A stretch of DNA of 64,000 nt, from NCBI RefSeq assembly GCF_964204645.1, contig NC_134032.1:14434275-14498274 (forward strand), read 5' to 3'. Every line of letters begins with the position of its first letter. The first letter of the stretch is position 1. Source of the stretch: Tubulanus polymorphus. Its lineage: Eukaryota > Animalia > Nemertea. Under the pieces are notes generated by a model. That model did not search any database, had not been told where the DNA came from, and worked only from the letters and a program-made list of their open reading frames with translations. Made by a program: the position numbers and the translations under genes. Below are positions 1 through 14,111 of the stretch, one piece after another.

Positions 1-19
1 ATGTTGAGATAATTGCTCG

Positions 20-477
20 TAGCTCCCAGTTACTCCAGTACCTAGTGGCTCCAGTAACTAAAATGGCTTCAATACGTAGTCATTCCAGTACCCGTGACTC
101 CAGTAACCAATGATTCCAGTAACTATTGACTCCAGTAACTAATGACTCCTGTAACTAATGACTCCAGTACCTAGTGGCTCCAGTAACTAAAATGGCTTCA
201 ATACGTAGTCATTCCAGTACCCGTGACTCCAGTAACCAATGATTCCAGTAACTATTAACTCCAGTAACTAATGACTCCTGTAACTAATGACTCCAGTACC
301 TAGTGACTCCAGTAACTAATCACTCCAGTAACTAGTTATTCCAGTAACTAATCACTCCAATAACCAATGACTCCAGTACCTAGTGACTCCAGTAACTAAT
401 GACTCCAGTTACTAGTGACTCCGGTGACTAATGACTCCAGTAACCAATGACTCCAGTACCTAGTGACTCCAGTATCT
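20..477 (+). repeat. minisatellite, about 16-bp unit (GACTCCAGTAACTAAT)
   Basis: Direct tandem copies with a higher-order duplication. Confidence 0.9.
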
Positions 478-1174
478 GGTAGGAGTGACTGATGTAGTGT
501 GAGTTCACTGCAATAACGACTCACTCACTGGTAAACGCGCGCGCTGCACACAAACTGTTATTGCGATTTTTCTTGTCAGGAAAATGTAGTTTTTATGGCC
601 GTAGCCTTGAGTCAGATGAATCTTTTCTCCGGGAAATTGGTGCATAAAAATGCATATTGCTTTTCTTTAGGTCCCATAACTCTCATTACCATGGTTACGG
701 GATGATAAATTTAGCGGTTTACCGTCGTTTAGACCTAAAAAGAGCGACGATCGATTTTTCTGAATTTTAGAAACCTTTTCAAAAATACGAGACCGATTAA
801 ACTGCGTAACTGTTGTCGTCCCGGGTTCGAGCCCGCTTTATATCGAGCTATGAATTGTCGGCGTGAGAATGTTTTCGAGGTCGTTTAGTGCGTTGTGTCA
901 TCAGTAATAACAGTTTCATCATGTCGTTCATCACTGAAGCTCGGTTTTTATCCGAGTGCAGCTGATTTTATGAGCTGTTTTTTTTAATGTCGTACTAAGA
1001 TCTGATGTTGTTGGTTTTTGCTCTGTCTGTGATGAAGGAATCAATCTCTCTATGGTGTCTGTCCGTCTGTCCGTCTGTCTGTGTTTACTGCTCACTTCAG
1101 GTAAATTAAACAAACTTTTTGTTCCAAATTTTGAAAGTGTTTTTTTAAACTTTTAAAAGTTCAAATCATATGTG

Positions 1175-1345
1175 AATTTGGGATTTATTGATTTTAGGTG
1201 TACATTTATATATTTGGGGTGTACATTTATTGATTTTTGGTGTACAATTATTGATTTTTGGTGTACATTTATTGATTTTTGGTGTACATTTATTGATTTT
1301 TGGTATACATTTATTGATTTCTGATCTACATTTATTGATTTGCTC
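1175..1345 (+). repeat. 21-bp tandem repeat (TTTATTGATTTTTGGTGTACA)
   Basis: About 8 copies; explains ORF 1153-1347. Confidence 0.9.
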
Positions 1346-2719
1346 ATGAATTTATGATTTTTATATACCCTTATAAATTGGCCATCTACATTTCTTGATG
1401 ATTTCCATCAGCTAGATTCTTATGGCTGTTAACCGCTTAAACAACCCGTTACTGCACTGCCCCGCCACCTATGTTCACATCTAGAACTAAAGGCCTATAG
1501 GGTGTACGCCGCGGGGCAATAGTACTCGATTGACCTTCAAAAGACGTGAGGTGTGTGTTGTTTGACTAATTGTTGGCAGGAAAAAGTTTATCTTCGTATT
1601 GTCGTCAGTGGTATAATAGAACAGACAATCGGTCTCTCAACGGAATGTACTCTAACTGAATAATACTCGCACATTCGTGATAGATGGATAAAAAATAACG
1701 ACTACAGAAAGATGACTATGACTATCCTCGTTCTCTTTATCAGACTCGTTAAAGTACATTACTATGGATCCTCTCGCTCCGCCCCAACGTTCCTCTATCC
1801 TGTTCCCAATCCACCTTTAAATCTCATCAAATTTATTCTCATAAAAACTTCCCCGCTGTACAGAGTCTCACAGACAGTTGTCTATTTTCATAACTGATGT
1901 TTTGTCCTTGTAATTTTGTGTTTTTTTGTGTGTGAATTCTCTAGTTCATAATATTTCAGATTAATTGTGAGAAAACCTCAGAGTAGGGGCAGATTTTGGT
2001 CCATGACCCTCGAATATTTTGTTATGCGCTTTTCTGAATATACTCGCACAGAGTCTGATAAACTTCTCTGCAATTATTCAATTCAAATGTCCTTTATTGC
2101 CGCGTAACGTTGCTATACATTATAAGATTATGTTCGAAAGACAAAAATTGAGATAAAATGAAGCTTTCTAAAGAAAATAGTCGTATATATGATAATTGGG
2201 AAATGCTGCAAAAAGCTATCCACAGATTTTCAAAGGCAGGACTTCTTGATTGTTGATTCATCTCAAAATATTACTTACAGTGATTGAAAATATTGTGTCA
2301 CGAGACCTTGTGTCCATCCCTAGAGAGTGTCAATAGTATCAAATCTGTTTTCACAGTGGTTGTAAGTATGTGAAAGTTGGGCGGCGCGTTGTATTCTTAT
2401 TAAAGTACAAATTTAATATTTTTCGCGGATGTGTTTCTGGTAGAATGGAGATTAATGTTAGCCGCGGATGCGTTACATCTATTCACCGCGCATAAACGGT
2501 TGTAAAATGATGTTTCGAAGCGGCTGCGGTTTTTCACGTCAGAACGGAGACTTTCATCGCGTTTAATTGAGTCGAAAATTTGTCTCTAAAACATAAAATT
2601 CCGCTGTATTCAGAGAACATTAAGCGACTTAACATAAACGGGCTGACCAATGAATTCTATCGCTACTATAGGTGTCATGCTTCCTCTCTCCTCACCCCTC
2701 CCCTTATAAAAAACTCAAA

Positions 2720-3201
2720 CCTGTTAATGATGCCCTGAATGGTTGAGGGGAACCTGTTTGTGCAGCCCTGAGTGGAGCTCAGCAGGTTCAGGGGAACCTG
2801 CTAATAAAACCCCAGCAGGTTTAGGGGAACCTGCTAATAAAACCATGAGTGGAGCTTAGCAGGTTGAGGGGAACCTGCTTATAAAATCCCGGAGAGGCGC
2901 TCAGCAGGTTGAGGGGAACCTAAAATCCTGAGTGGAGCTCAGCAGGTTGAGGGGAACCTAAAACCCTGAGTGGAGCTCAGCAGGTTGAGGGGAACCTAAA
3001 ACCCTGAGTGGAGCTCAGCAGGTTGAGGGGAACCTGCTTATAAAATCCCGGAGAGGCGCTCAGCAGGTTGAGGGGAACCTAAAATCCTGAGTGGAGCTCA
3101 GCAGGTTGAGGGGAACCTAAAACCCTGAGTGGAGCTCAGCAGGTTGAGGGGAACCTGCTTATAAAATCCCGGAGAGGAGCTCAGCAGGTTGAGGGGAACC
3201 T
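2720..3201 (+). repeat. minisatellite (GAGTGGAGCTCAGCAGGTTGAGGGGAACCT-based); a solo related copy lies at about 58225-58280
   Basis: Multiple direct copies of roughly 38-45 bp. Confidence 0.9.
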
Positions 3202-4279
3202 AATTGAAAATCAGGCTGACCCCCCTTAATCATAGCCCCTAAATAGTAGGCTTATCTTAACTCTGAATTTTTGGGGGAATGTTGTGACCGCGCATAGATC
3301 GTGTGTGTAAAATATTTGCTTATATCAATCTATCTTTTGTGAACTCCTTATTGACCGCAACCATTAGTCAAAAACAATATAGTATCGTAACATGGACCGA
3401 GTTATTTAGAAAAATGTTGTCCCCGGGGTAAACAAACTCCGTTTGAACTATAGACATATTTTTGTATGCGATATAAAAGCAAATATCGTCAATAGCCGCG
3501 TCCGTCCGACAAACAATGTATATATATATATATATATATATAGTCGTTGTTTTCGTATTGTCCAGTCGGCTGTTGCCGTCGACGACGTAAGTAAAACGAG
3601 TCGTGACGGAAAAAAATTCGTTAAACGATAAACAATAATGACAGTCGTCGTCGTCGTTGATCGGTTGCCGTTAGCGATGATTTCTACGACGACGACGACG
3701 AGACTGATAAATAATCGGTCCACTTTTGACCCGTCGGTCGATCGCTGGTCGACGGGTGGTCGATTATTAGAAATATGGTCAACAAAAAAATATAAACCAG
3801 TTTGAACGCGTTATCGGGGCTTTTTACTATCTGTAAGATGTCGACCATTTTTAAAATGACCCCGGAATGAAATATCGTTTTCTCGTCGTAAAACGTCGTC
3901 TGGCGTTCGATATTTCGACAAAACATGTTTTTCGCTATTTTATTGCTCGCTATTTTCGACCTTGTCTCAAAACCAGTTTAGACTCGTCGTCGCAGCCGGG
4001 CACGCAGCGGGTGTGGGATTTGAGACAAAGCGATGAAATGTTTTTATGTAAGACTTGTTTTTAGTGTCTCGTCTCCACGGAGGTCGGTATAGTCAGGTGT
4101 TTGAGAGGAGTGGGTGGGAGTATTGAGTTCAACGTCAGTTCAAATCTCACATCGAATCTCGGCCGTTCTCGGAATCGCTACAGAATGCAATTTACTTGTA
4201 GGAGTAGAAATGACTGTTGTTCTTCCTGAAAATGAGAAATCTATAGGTAAAACACCTCTGCACTAACTGGTGGGCGACT

Positions 4280-4810
4280 GGGATAGGATAGAGGGTAAGG
4301 GGAGGAGAGGAGAGGGAGAGAGAGGGGAGCGCAATGCAAAGGGAAAGAGAAAGAAGAGGGGCAGATATAGGGAAAGAAGAGGTGAGAGGAGAGATAGAAA
4401 GAGAGAGGGGAGAGCAATGCAGAGGGAGAGGGAGAAAGAGAGGGAAGGGGTTGAGAGGACAGAGCTCACGAAGAAAAGCAAGAGAAGAGGGGCAGATATA
4501 GGGAAAAGAAGAGGTGAGAGGAGAGATAGAAAGAGAGAGGGGAGAACAATGCAGAGGGAGAGGGAGAAAGAGAGGGAAGGGTTGAGAAGACAGAGCTCAC
4601 GAAGAAAAGCAAGAGAAGAGGGGCAGATATAGGGAAAGAAGAGGTGAGAGGAGAGATAGAAAGAGAGAGGGGAGAACAATGCAGAGGGAGAGGGAGAAAG
4701 AGAGGGAAGGGTTGAGAAGACAGAGCTCACGAAGAAAAGCAAGAGAAGAGGGGCAGATATAGGGAAAAGAAGAGGTGAGAGGAGAGGTAAAAAGAGAGGG
4801 GAGAGAAGTA
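4280..4810 (+). repeat. purine-rich tandem repeat, about 130-bp unit
   Basis: GA-rich unit repeated about 3.5 times. Confidence 0.85.
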
Positions 4811-5644
4811 AGAAAAGGATCGATACAGTGAAACAGGTCGAAGGAGTGCGTGGGTGTCAAATTCCTCATATGGTAACCACTTTTCCACACCTGCTTCTGC
4901 CTGACTCTCACTCATTCTCACTCCCTCTCACTCCCTCTCACTCAGCCAGATAAAGAATAAATGTTGTTGATAACATGTTTTCTGCGTTGTATATCACACA
5001 GTACAAAATCATCAATCAATACTTTAACCAACAGATAAAACTAGATAGAAGTAATATCGACTAATAGTACGAGTGAACTGTGAACTTTTCAAACGCGAAA
5101 CATTTTGTAAAAACACCCGAAAATGAAAAGCTGAAAGATTATTTCAAAAGCAGCAGCAACAGCAACAACAGTGACCGACAGACAGATGTGTCCGATATCT
5201 CAAACATTAAAATGCAAAAGTTCATGAGTCACGTAACCAGATGGCAATCTATAGAAATTAAGACCGGATGATTTTTGTGATTGGACAGATTGCTGCTGGA
5301 TAGATCATATAGGGGTTGACATTGAACTGTTTAATGGACGCATTTATATAGAGTACTCATTACCCCCATCGTACTAGACTGACCACAGAGCACGAGCTAT
5401 CCCCCCTCTCCCCCACCCTCAAAACAGTTTACTTAACTAAAGAACTTATCAATCAGAATTGATAAACTATTGATAAGTCTGTTTAAAAGCTTATCCTTAT
5501 GTTACTGGCTGGTGGGTTGGGGGTCGGCCGGATTGAGTGGCTAAGTGTTAGTTGCAATGTTTTTTCCATCTCAAGGGTCACTGCAGTCTTAATCTTTAGT
5601 TCTTACATCAGTCATTTGCTTCTAACTCACAAATTACACAGTCT

Positions 5645-6463
5645 GACCAGTCTAAGCTCATTTTGGTTCTATAACCAATCTAACAACTTAAGACCAGTCT
5701 AAGCTCATTTTGGTTCTATAACCAAACTAACAACTTAAGACCAGTCTAAACTAATTTTGGTTCTATAACCGATCTAACAACTTAAGACCAGTCTAAACTC
5801 ATTTTGGTTCTATAACCGATCTAGCAACTTAAGACCAGTCTAAAGTCATTTTGGTTCTATAACCGATCTAACAACTTAAGACCAGTCTAAGCTCATTTTG
5901 GTTCTATAACCAAACTAACAACTTAAGACCAGTCTAAGCTCATTTTGGTTCTATAACCGATCTAACAACTTAAGACCAGTCTAAAGTCATTTTGGTTCTA
6001 TAACCAAACTAACAACTTAAGACCAGTCTAAGCTCATTTTGGTTCTATAACCAAACTAACAACTTAAGACCAGTCTAAACTAATTTTGGTTCTATAACCG
6101 ATCTAACAACTTAAGACCAGTCTAAACTCATTTTGGTTCTATAACCGATCTAACAACTTAAGACCAGTCTAAACTCATTTTGGTTCTATAACCGATCTCA
6201 CAACTTAAGACCAGTCTAAAGTCATTTTGGTTCTATAACCGATCTAGCAACTTAAGACCAGTCTAAAGTCATTTTGGTTCTATAACCGATCTAACAACTT
6301 AAGACCAGTCTAAAGTCATTTTGGTTCTATAACCGATCTAACAACTTAAGACCAGTCTAAAGTCATTTTGGTTCTATAACCGATCTAACAACTTAAGACC
6401 AGTCTAAAGTCATTTTGGTTCTATAACCAATCTAACAACTTAAGACCAGTCTAAACTCATTTT
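5645..6463 (+). repeat. 47-bp satellite array (GACCAGTCTAAGCTCATTTTGGTTCTATAACCAATCTAACAACTTAA)
   Basis: About 17 direct copies. Confidence 0.95.
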
Positions 6464-7094
6464 GTTAACTGGCTTACATTACTTATATCCAGATAAAGAT
6501 TCAGCACCTGAAGTAAGGGTTTTTATCGGGAACGTCGATAGAGGTCAAACGTACTATAGACAGTGCGGGTTTTCCTTTTTTCTAGTTTATTTGTGAGATG
6601 TCATGATCTATCAGAAAACATGTATTGTGTCGAAGGCTAGTTGCTAGGCGAGAGGGATGAGTCCGTTTTTAAAAGTACAATCTTTTTTAGTTTGAGTAAA
6701 AAATTCATAAAAAAATATTGGCTGAGTTTCTTTGTGTTGGGACTGGTTGAAACCCATAGCGGTGACTGAATTCCAAAAATGTCCAAAATTGTGATTTCAT
6801 AATCATATCATAAGATGTCAGATCCGTGAAAAGTTTTAACACAAATTTTTGGTATAGTCGCTAATGGTTACTTCATGTTTTCAATGAGGACAACAATTCA
6901 AACTTAACCGTTTTAAGCCTAAATATCCCATGAACTGGACCACACGTCTTAAGACCAAGATCAGATTTCATGGAACGTTTAATTAAGTTCGTTTAATTGA
7001 TTAAAATTGATTGACTTTGAGAATTAGTTGAGGATCACAATATTCGAGATGTAAAACGATAAGTAAAATCCCGCAATAAATGAATGTAGATAGT

Positions 7095-7150
7095 TTATTT
7101 AGAAAATAAGAAATATTTCGGGTGGTTGCTACTACCCTTCTTCAGATACT
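7095..7150 (-). mobile_element. degenerate minimal hammerhead / Penelope-like terminal repeat remnant
   Basis: Minus strand reads CTGAAGA-A-GGGTAGT(agca)ACCACCC-GAAA-TATT, followed by AATAAA. Stem I is weak. Confidence 0.45.
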
Positions 7151-7874
7151 ACCCTATACTTTAGGTACTACACTTCTACAGTCTAAAATCTCTTGCCTTA
7201 ATTAACTTTATTTATTTAATTAACTTTACTCATTAGTTAGGTAGGCTATAGACTTTACCGAAGGGTTTTCAATGGCGGATTGATAAAACTATGGAGCCGG
7301 TTTGTGTTCGTATATCGTTGAAAGATGTCACACCGATGCCACGTTCGTTCGTGTTCTGTTCGGCGAATATTGAAAAATCCAGTCAGCGTAATTAAACCTT
7401 TTGTACGCGCGATGAGAAAAGTGAATAATTTTTCCAGCTGTTGCGGGACTGAGATGGACAATGTGAGATATTGAGAGTGTGGTCATTTTTATTGAACCAA
7501 TTTTATCGGGTCGATTATGAGACAAATAGTGTTTTGGTAACAGCTGAATTTGAGAGGTTTTATTGTGGCCCGTGTAACCAGTGGTCGCCATACAGTCGCT
7601 ATCAGAGATGACCCAGGCACCCCAGTCGCCCACCAGTCACCCGATAGCCCTTTTGTTAGGACCTGGGTATACTCACTCAGTTGCCCTATAGCCCTCTGGT
7701 AAGGACCCGGGTACCCCCCTCCCCGTTGCCCAATATCCCTGATTAAATAACCCGGGCACCCAATGATCGCCCCTAGTGGTTGTGGATCCTTTCACTCTGT
7801 TATCTTATTCTCCGTTATCTCCAAACCTATTTAACCTTCATATATTCTTAGAAATATTATTTCTTTTTAAGAGT

Positions 7875-8815
7875 TTTTTCTCAAACTATCAAAATATCAG
7901 AAATATATTTTTAACTTTATTCTCAATGATATTCGCGATATCTTCTCAAAATATATCAGAAATATATTTTTAACTTTATTCCCAATGATATTCGCGATAT
8001 CTTCTCAAAATATCAGAAATATATTTTTAACTTTATTCTCAATGATATTCGCGATATCTTCTCAAAATATCAGAAATATATTTTCAACTTTATTCTCAAT
8101 GATATTCGCAATATCTTCTCAAAATATCAGAAATATATTTTAAACTTAATTCCCAATGATATTCGCGATATGTTCTAAAACTATCAGAAATATATTTCAA
8201 ACTTTATTCCCAATGATATTCGCGATATCTTCTCAAAATATCAGAAATATATTTTAAACTTTATTCCCAATGATATTCGCGATATCTTCTCAAAATATCA
8301 GAAATATATTTTCAACTTTATTCTCAATGATATTCGCGATATCTTCTCAAAATATCAGAAATATATTTTTAACTTTATTCTCAATGATATTCGCGATATC
8401 TTCTCAAAATATCAGAAATATATTTTTAACTTTATTCTCAATGATATTCGCGATATCTTCTCAAACTATCAGAAATATATTTCAAACTTTATTCCCAATG
8501 ATATTCGCGATATCTTCTCAAAATATCAGAAATATATTTTAAACTTTATTCCTAATGATATTCGCGATATCTTCTCAAAATATCAGAAATATATTTTCAA
8601 CTTTATTCTCAATGATATTCGCAATATCTTCTCAAAATATCAGAAATATATTTTTAACTTTATTCTCAATGATATTCGCGATATATTCTCAAACTATCAG
8701 ATATACGTTTTAAACTTTATTCCCAATGACATTCGCGATATTTTGAAACTTTATTCCCGATAATATTCGCGATATCTTCTCAAACTGTCAGAAATATATT
8801 TTAAACTTTATTCCC
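7875..8815 (+). repeat. 57-bp tandem repeat with GATATTCGCGATATC core
   Basis: About 16 copies. Confidence 0.95.
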
Positions 8816-9229
8816 GACGATCGCGGTGCATCATTTTCAACCGAAAAAAAGCACGACGTATGTTTTATAGTTTCAAACTCAGACACATTCATCAAATATT
8901 AAAGACATTTACGACTCGGTCCATTATGATTTAGTGACAATTGAACTGAAAGGGTCTCGGACTCTCTGAAAGTCTTTATCAATGGTCCGTAATCATTTGT
9001 ACTTTTTCGCCCGACAATAAACAAAAAATGACGAACAATGTAAACCGAGCTGTCGGTCATCACCGCGCCGTGGACAACTGCGCCTAGCAACACAACACTA
9101 TAACAGCCACGTATGTATGCGCGACGATGTGTGATTGTTATGAACGTTGACCATTTTTATCTATGTTCAATTTAACGATTTCATCAGAAAATTTGATGAA
9201 AATGAAGATATTGCGGAGGATTGGAAAAC

Positions 9230-9540
9230 TATAGATATTTCATTGTTATTTCATACTGTATTTCGCTTGATTCTCAAATTTTCGTCTGTTTTGATAAACT
9301 TTAGATATTTCATTGTTATTTCATACTGTATTTCGCTTGATTCTCAAATTTTTGCCTGTTTTGATAAACTTTAGATATTTCATTGTTATTTCATACTGTA
9401 TTTCGCTTGATTCTCGAATTTTTGCCTGTTTTGATAAACTTTAGATATTTCATTGTTATTTCATACTGTATTTCGCTTGATTCTCAAATTAGATATTTCA
9501 TTGTTATTTTATATTTCGCGAGATTCTCAAATTTTCGTTT
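9230..9540 (+). repeat. 70-bp tandem repeat
   Basis: About 4 copies of TAGATATTTCATTGTTATTTCATACTG... Confidence 0.9.
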
Positions 9541-9581
9541 GATTTAATCTTGAAATAGGGTTTTGTTGTCCATTAAAAACC

Positions 9582-10417
9582 GACCAGTAAAATATAATAT
9601 ATAGGATTTGTTTTCATCATTATGTCATACAAGATTATTGTACAATGTAGGAGCTTACATAGTTTGACCAGTAAAATATAATATATAGGATTTGTTTTCA
9701 TCATTATGTCGTACAAGAGTATTGTACAATGTAGGACCTTACATAGTTTGACCAGTAAAATATAATATATAGGATTTGTTTTCATCATTATGTCATACAA
9801 GAGTATTGTACAATGTAGGAGCTTACATAGTTTGACCAGTAAAATATAATATATAGGATTTGTTTTCATCATTATGTCGTACAAGAGTATTGTACAATGT
9901 AGGAGCTTACATAGTTTGACCAGTAAAATATAATATATAGGATTTGTTTTCATCATTATGTCATACAAGATTATTGTACAATGTAGGAGCTTACATAGTT
10001 TGACCAGTAAAATATAATATATAGGATTTGTTTTCATCATTATGTCATACAAGAGTATTGTACAATGTAGGACCTTACATAGTTTGACCAGTAAAATATA
10101 ATATATAGGATTTGTTTTCATCATTATGTCATACAAGAGTATTGTACAATGTAGGAGCTTACATAGTTTGACCAGTAAAATATAATATATAGGATTTGTT
10201 TTCATCATTATGTCATACAAGAGTATTGTACAATGTAGGAGCTTACATAGTTTGACCAGTAAAATATAATATATAGGATTTGTTTTCATCATTATGTCAT
10301 ACAAGAGTATTGTACAATGTAGGAGCTTACATAGTTTGACCAGTAAAATATAATATATAGGATTTGTTTTCATCATTATGTCATACAAGATTATTGTACA
10401 ATGTAGGAGCTTACATA
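9582..10417 (+). repeat. 84-bp tandem repeat
   Basis: About 10 near-identical copies; explains the 271-aa repetitive ORF. Confidence 0.95.
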
Positions 10418-11175
10418 CTTTTTACAAACGTGAGATGAAGGGCACAGACATACCAGACAGGACCGAAACTGGCGTTTGATTTTGAAATCGGAGAGGAGAG
10501 CGAAAAATTAAAAAACAAAAATTTCTCCTCTAAGGAAAATATTTATTTTCAAGAAGTAAAATATTTTTGGACGCATAGTTTATTTCTGAGTGTAGGAGTT
10601 TCGATATCGTAGAAACAACTTTCGATAATAACGCCTTTGGAATATCGAAAAGTTTTACGAGACCTAAAAACCCTGATTTGTTAAGTAAATTTAATGACTA
10701 GTTGTATATGAATTAGCTGACAGGAATCCGATAGCCCTGGAGCTGACATTGTCTATTAGAATTACGCGAACATATGCTGAAAATAGCGATCGAGAAAAAC
10801 CTATGCGTTATAGGCGGGAGAGACATATGTGGGCATTAGATTCTATTATTGATGTCTCTATGGAATATAGATTGATTAAATACGACATGTGTTTGTAATG
10901 TTTCCCTGATAAAATATATATGTATGATTAATGTTTTGAGTTGTACGGTCGAGTGGACAAGTGGACATGCGGGGCACATGTGGACAATCGTCACATCTGG
11001 TGCCGTGTAAATTGCGTTCACTGATTTTGAAAATTAAGACGATAAAACCGTTACAAATACAACTGATTTCGCTATGAATTTTTATTCCCCATATTTTTCT
11101 ACGTCCCATTGCGCGTGACATTTTTATAAAAAGTTGAGAAAAATCGAAATATTTGTAAATATTTTCAATCCTAGC

Positions 11176-11250
11176 CACAGCCTCATCGGGATTTGAACCT
11201 GGGCTAACTAGACTCAAACCCCGAGTCCTACCTCTAGTCCATAGAGCTGT
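11176..11250 (-). mobile_element. tRNA-derived SINE head or tRNA pseudogene
   Basis: Minus strand has an A-box-like TGGACTAGAGG, B-box GGTTCAAATCCC, a GACTC/GAGTC stem with a non-canonical 7-nt loop, and partially paired ends. Confidence 0.5.
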
Positions 11251-11277
11251 AGTGATTGACATAGTTTGTGAGTTTGT

Positions 11278-11430
11278 CTGGTCAGAGTGGTGACCATTTA
11301 TCTGTCACTGACCAGTCAGGTGTGGTGACTGGTGACCAGTCATGTGTGGTGCCAGTCAGGTGTGGTGACTGGTGACCAGTCATGTGTGGTGTCGGTCAGG
11401 TGTGGTGACTGATGACCAGTCAGGTGTGAG
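11278..11430 (+). repeat. short TGACCAGTCAGGTGTGG tandem repeat
   Basis: Direct copies. Confidence 0.8.
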
Positions 11431-12209
11431 GGCAAAAGTAGAAAATGAAAAAGTTATGTATCCTAAACATAGAAGAGTATTTATCTATCTATATTTTTCA
11501 TATAGTATTTGATTCACAAATAATGAAATTATCGATGCAATTTTTAATGCTGACCAGAAAGAGGGTAATCGAGATTTTTAGGGGTTGCCGCAAAGAGTGA
11601 TTGTATATTGGTTAAAGTACATTGCACTTTTCTGCTGCTGCTGCTGCTACTGCTGCTGTTGTCGGTGGCGTCATCTCCATCCTCTTTGCCGCATCCAATC
11701 GGCTTCAGTAACACATTGAATGTTTATATAAACATTAACTCTTAATAATAGGCAAACCATAAAATGAATCCCCAACACAACACGACTGAACGAACTGAGA
11801 GAGTCTCTCCGGAGAACGTCGCACGACAATCCGACCACAATTTAATGAGTATTTTCTCGTTGCCGTTGACAACTGCATCCCCATCGATATGATGAATAAA
11901 TACCGGTTGAATTTTATACGTTGTATGTTTGTATAAACGAGGGGCTGTGTGCACACTGAACGAACCAACCAACCAACCAGTAAAGAGACAAGAACACGAG
12001 AGAGAGAAAATAAGAATTGATTAATAAAATGCCTGCTGTTCATTCGTACAGTGAATAATATATCGATATCGATATATCGTATTGCATGGTATTTTATTGT
12101 ATTGTATCGCGATATAGCGATATATACGTCGTCGCGAGCCATTAGAATAAAACATAGCAAACTGCCTTGTGTATGTGTTTAAATTATCCTTTAACTGTGA
12201 AAACAACAG

Positions 12210-12910
12210 TCCCCTGTCTCCTCTATTTCATCCCTTTCCCCTCCCTCTCTCCCCTCTCCCCTCACTCTCCCCTCTCCCCTCCCTCTCTTCCCTCTCCCCT
12301 CACTCTCCCCTCTCCCTTCCCTCTCCTCTCACTTCTCTCCCCCTCTCCCCTCATCCCTCCCCCTTTCTCCCTCCCCTATCTCCTTTATTTCGTCCCTCTC
12401 TCCCGTCCCTCTCTCCTCTCACTTCTCTCCCCTCACCTCTCTCCCCTCTCTCCCTCCCCTGTCTCCTTTATTTCGTCCCTCTCTTCTCTCTCCCCTCCCT
12501 CGCTCCTCTCTCCCCTCTCTCTCCCCTCTCCCCTCCCTCTCACTTCTCTCCCCCTCTCTCCCCTCACCTTTCCCCCTTTCTCCCTCCCCTATCTCCTTTA
12601 TTTCGTCCCTCTCTCCCGTCCCTCTCTCCTCTCACTTCTCTCCCCTCACCTCTCTCCCCTCTCTCCCTCCCCTGTCTCCTTTATTTCGTCCCTCTCTTCT
12701 CTCTCCCCTCCCTCGCTCCTCTCTCCCCTCTCTCTCCCATCTCCCCTCCCTCTCTCTCTCACTTCTCTCCCCCTCTCTCCCCTCACCTTTCCCCCTTTCT
12801 CCCTCCCCTATCTCCTTTATTTCGTCCCTCTCTCCCCTCACTTCTCTCCCCTCTCTCGCTCCCCTGTCTCCTTTCTCTATTGCCTCCCTCTCTCCTCCCT
12901 CCCCTCTTCG
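12210..12910 (+). repeat. polypyrimidine tract with internal duplication
   Basis: C/T-rich low complexity. Confidence 0.9.
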
Positions 12911-14111
12911 CAAAAATATTCCTAGATATTAAGATTTTATTAAGATGAGGTTTAAACGTGGCAGTGAAATGAGATGGGGTCTCAACTGATGCTTTTGCAC
13001 TTTTGTACTTGAATTGAATCGCCCTCTTGCACCCCTTGCCCGCTACCCCGTCGTCCAGCTGTTTATATAAACTACATAATTTTGATGACAGATTGAAATT
13101 AGAATATCATGTTTTAAATATCACGCCAGATTTTATTATATGTTTTGATGAATACCCCGAACATAATATATGTTATATCAATATGTGCAGGGATGGAATC
13201 GGCTGAAGATTAGATCTGCATATGCTCAATAGGTTAAAATTCATTGATAAAATTTAAATTTGGTTATTTCCTGCAATGGTTCGAACGCCGAACTGTCCAG
13301 CCGGTCGGCCGGCCGGAACATTATCAGAGTTTTCTATTGTTTGACTAGGAATTCGTTTGCTATAATATAAACGGCACACGCTCGCGCACACGCCCTTCAG
13401 ACGTGTGCCGCGTGGAGTCCATCATTTTATCGTCATTATAACGATGTTTTCTCTATTTTGCATAAAACCAAAGCTGAATGAATCAAATATTTGAGTCATT
13501 CGAGAACAATAGCTGTAATATCTCTCCTCTCACCGAGAGAGAATATTCTAATTCTCAACTCAGTGACTTCAGCTGGCTGTGACAAGACTTAGCGTTAATC
13601 CTTATTGTTCAAATCCACCGCGGACAAATTGAAGCCCTTTGGGTTTTATTTTATTTCAGTCTCGGGAAGAAAATTTAAGTCTTTTGTTCGATATTGAACA
13701 AAGGAGTGGCCGGAATTTTGCCGATTGGTCAAAGCAGCCCGGGTTGAATTCTATTGTTCGTGTTCTTGAGAATTGAGTTAAATGTTAATTCGGATTCTCG
13801 TGAAGTTGAAATAAAGATATTTATCAATTGTTCCGATTGTTAGTTTATTTCGTCAGCGCCATCTGTTCACGTAATTCACGCCGTTATAAACTATCTATCG
13901 ATAGAAAATTTGGTTTTTCGAATTTTTATGAAAAATTATCTTCGAAAAATCTTGTTATTCGCGATTTTCGTGATGATGAAACTCTTTTCAGAAATTCTTA
14001 GAAAAAATCTTAGCGCCATTTTATTTTGTTTTTGTCGGGAGGTTTGGGAGATTCTTATTGAGAATATAGATTGAAGATGAATCAGTGAAGGGATGTTTTA
14101 TAAAATGGATG

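Noticed and set aside
6505-6545. CTGAAGT...GGAACGTCG hammerhead-like remnant
   Set aside because: Core bases are altered and there is no convincing stem II.
9573-10388. 271-aa ORF of 28-aa repeats
   Set aside because: It is a by-product of an 84-bp tandem repeat lacking stops in one frame, with no domain or splice context.
11176-11250. functional tRNA gene
   Set aside because: The anticodon loop (GGGGTTT) and acceptor stem are non-canonical, so it is called SINE/pseudogene instead.
12167-12948. Pro/Ser/Leu-rich and Arg/Glu/Gly-rich ORFs here and at 4.3, 35.5, 43.6, 49.7 and 55.7 kb
   Set aside because: They are translations of CT/GA low-complexity tracts.
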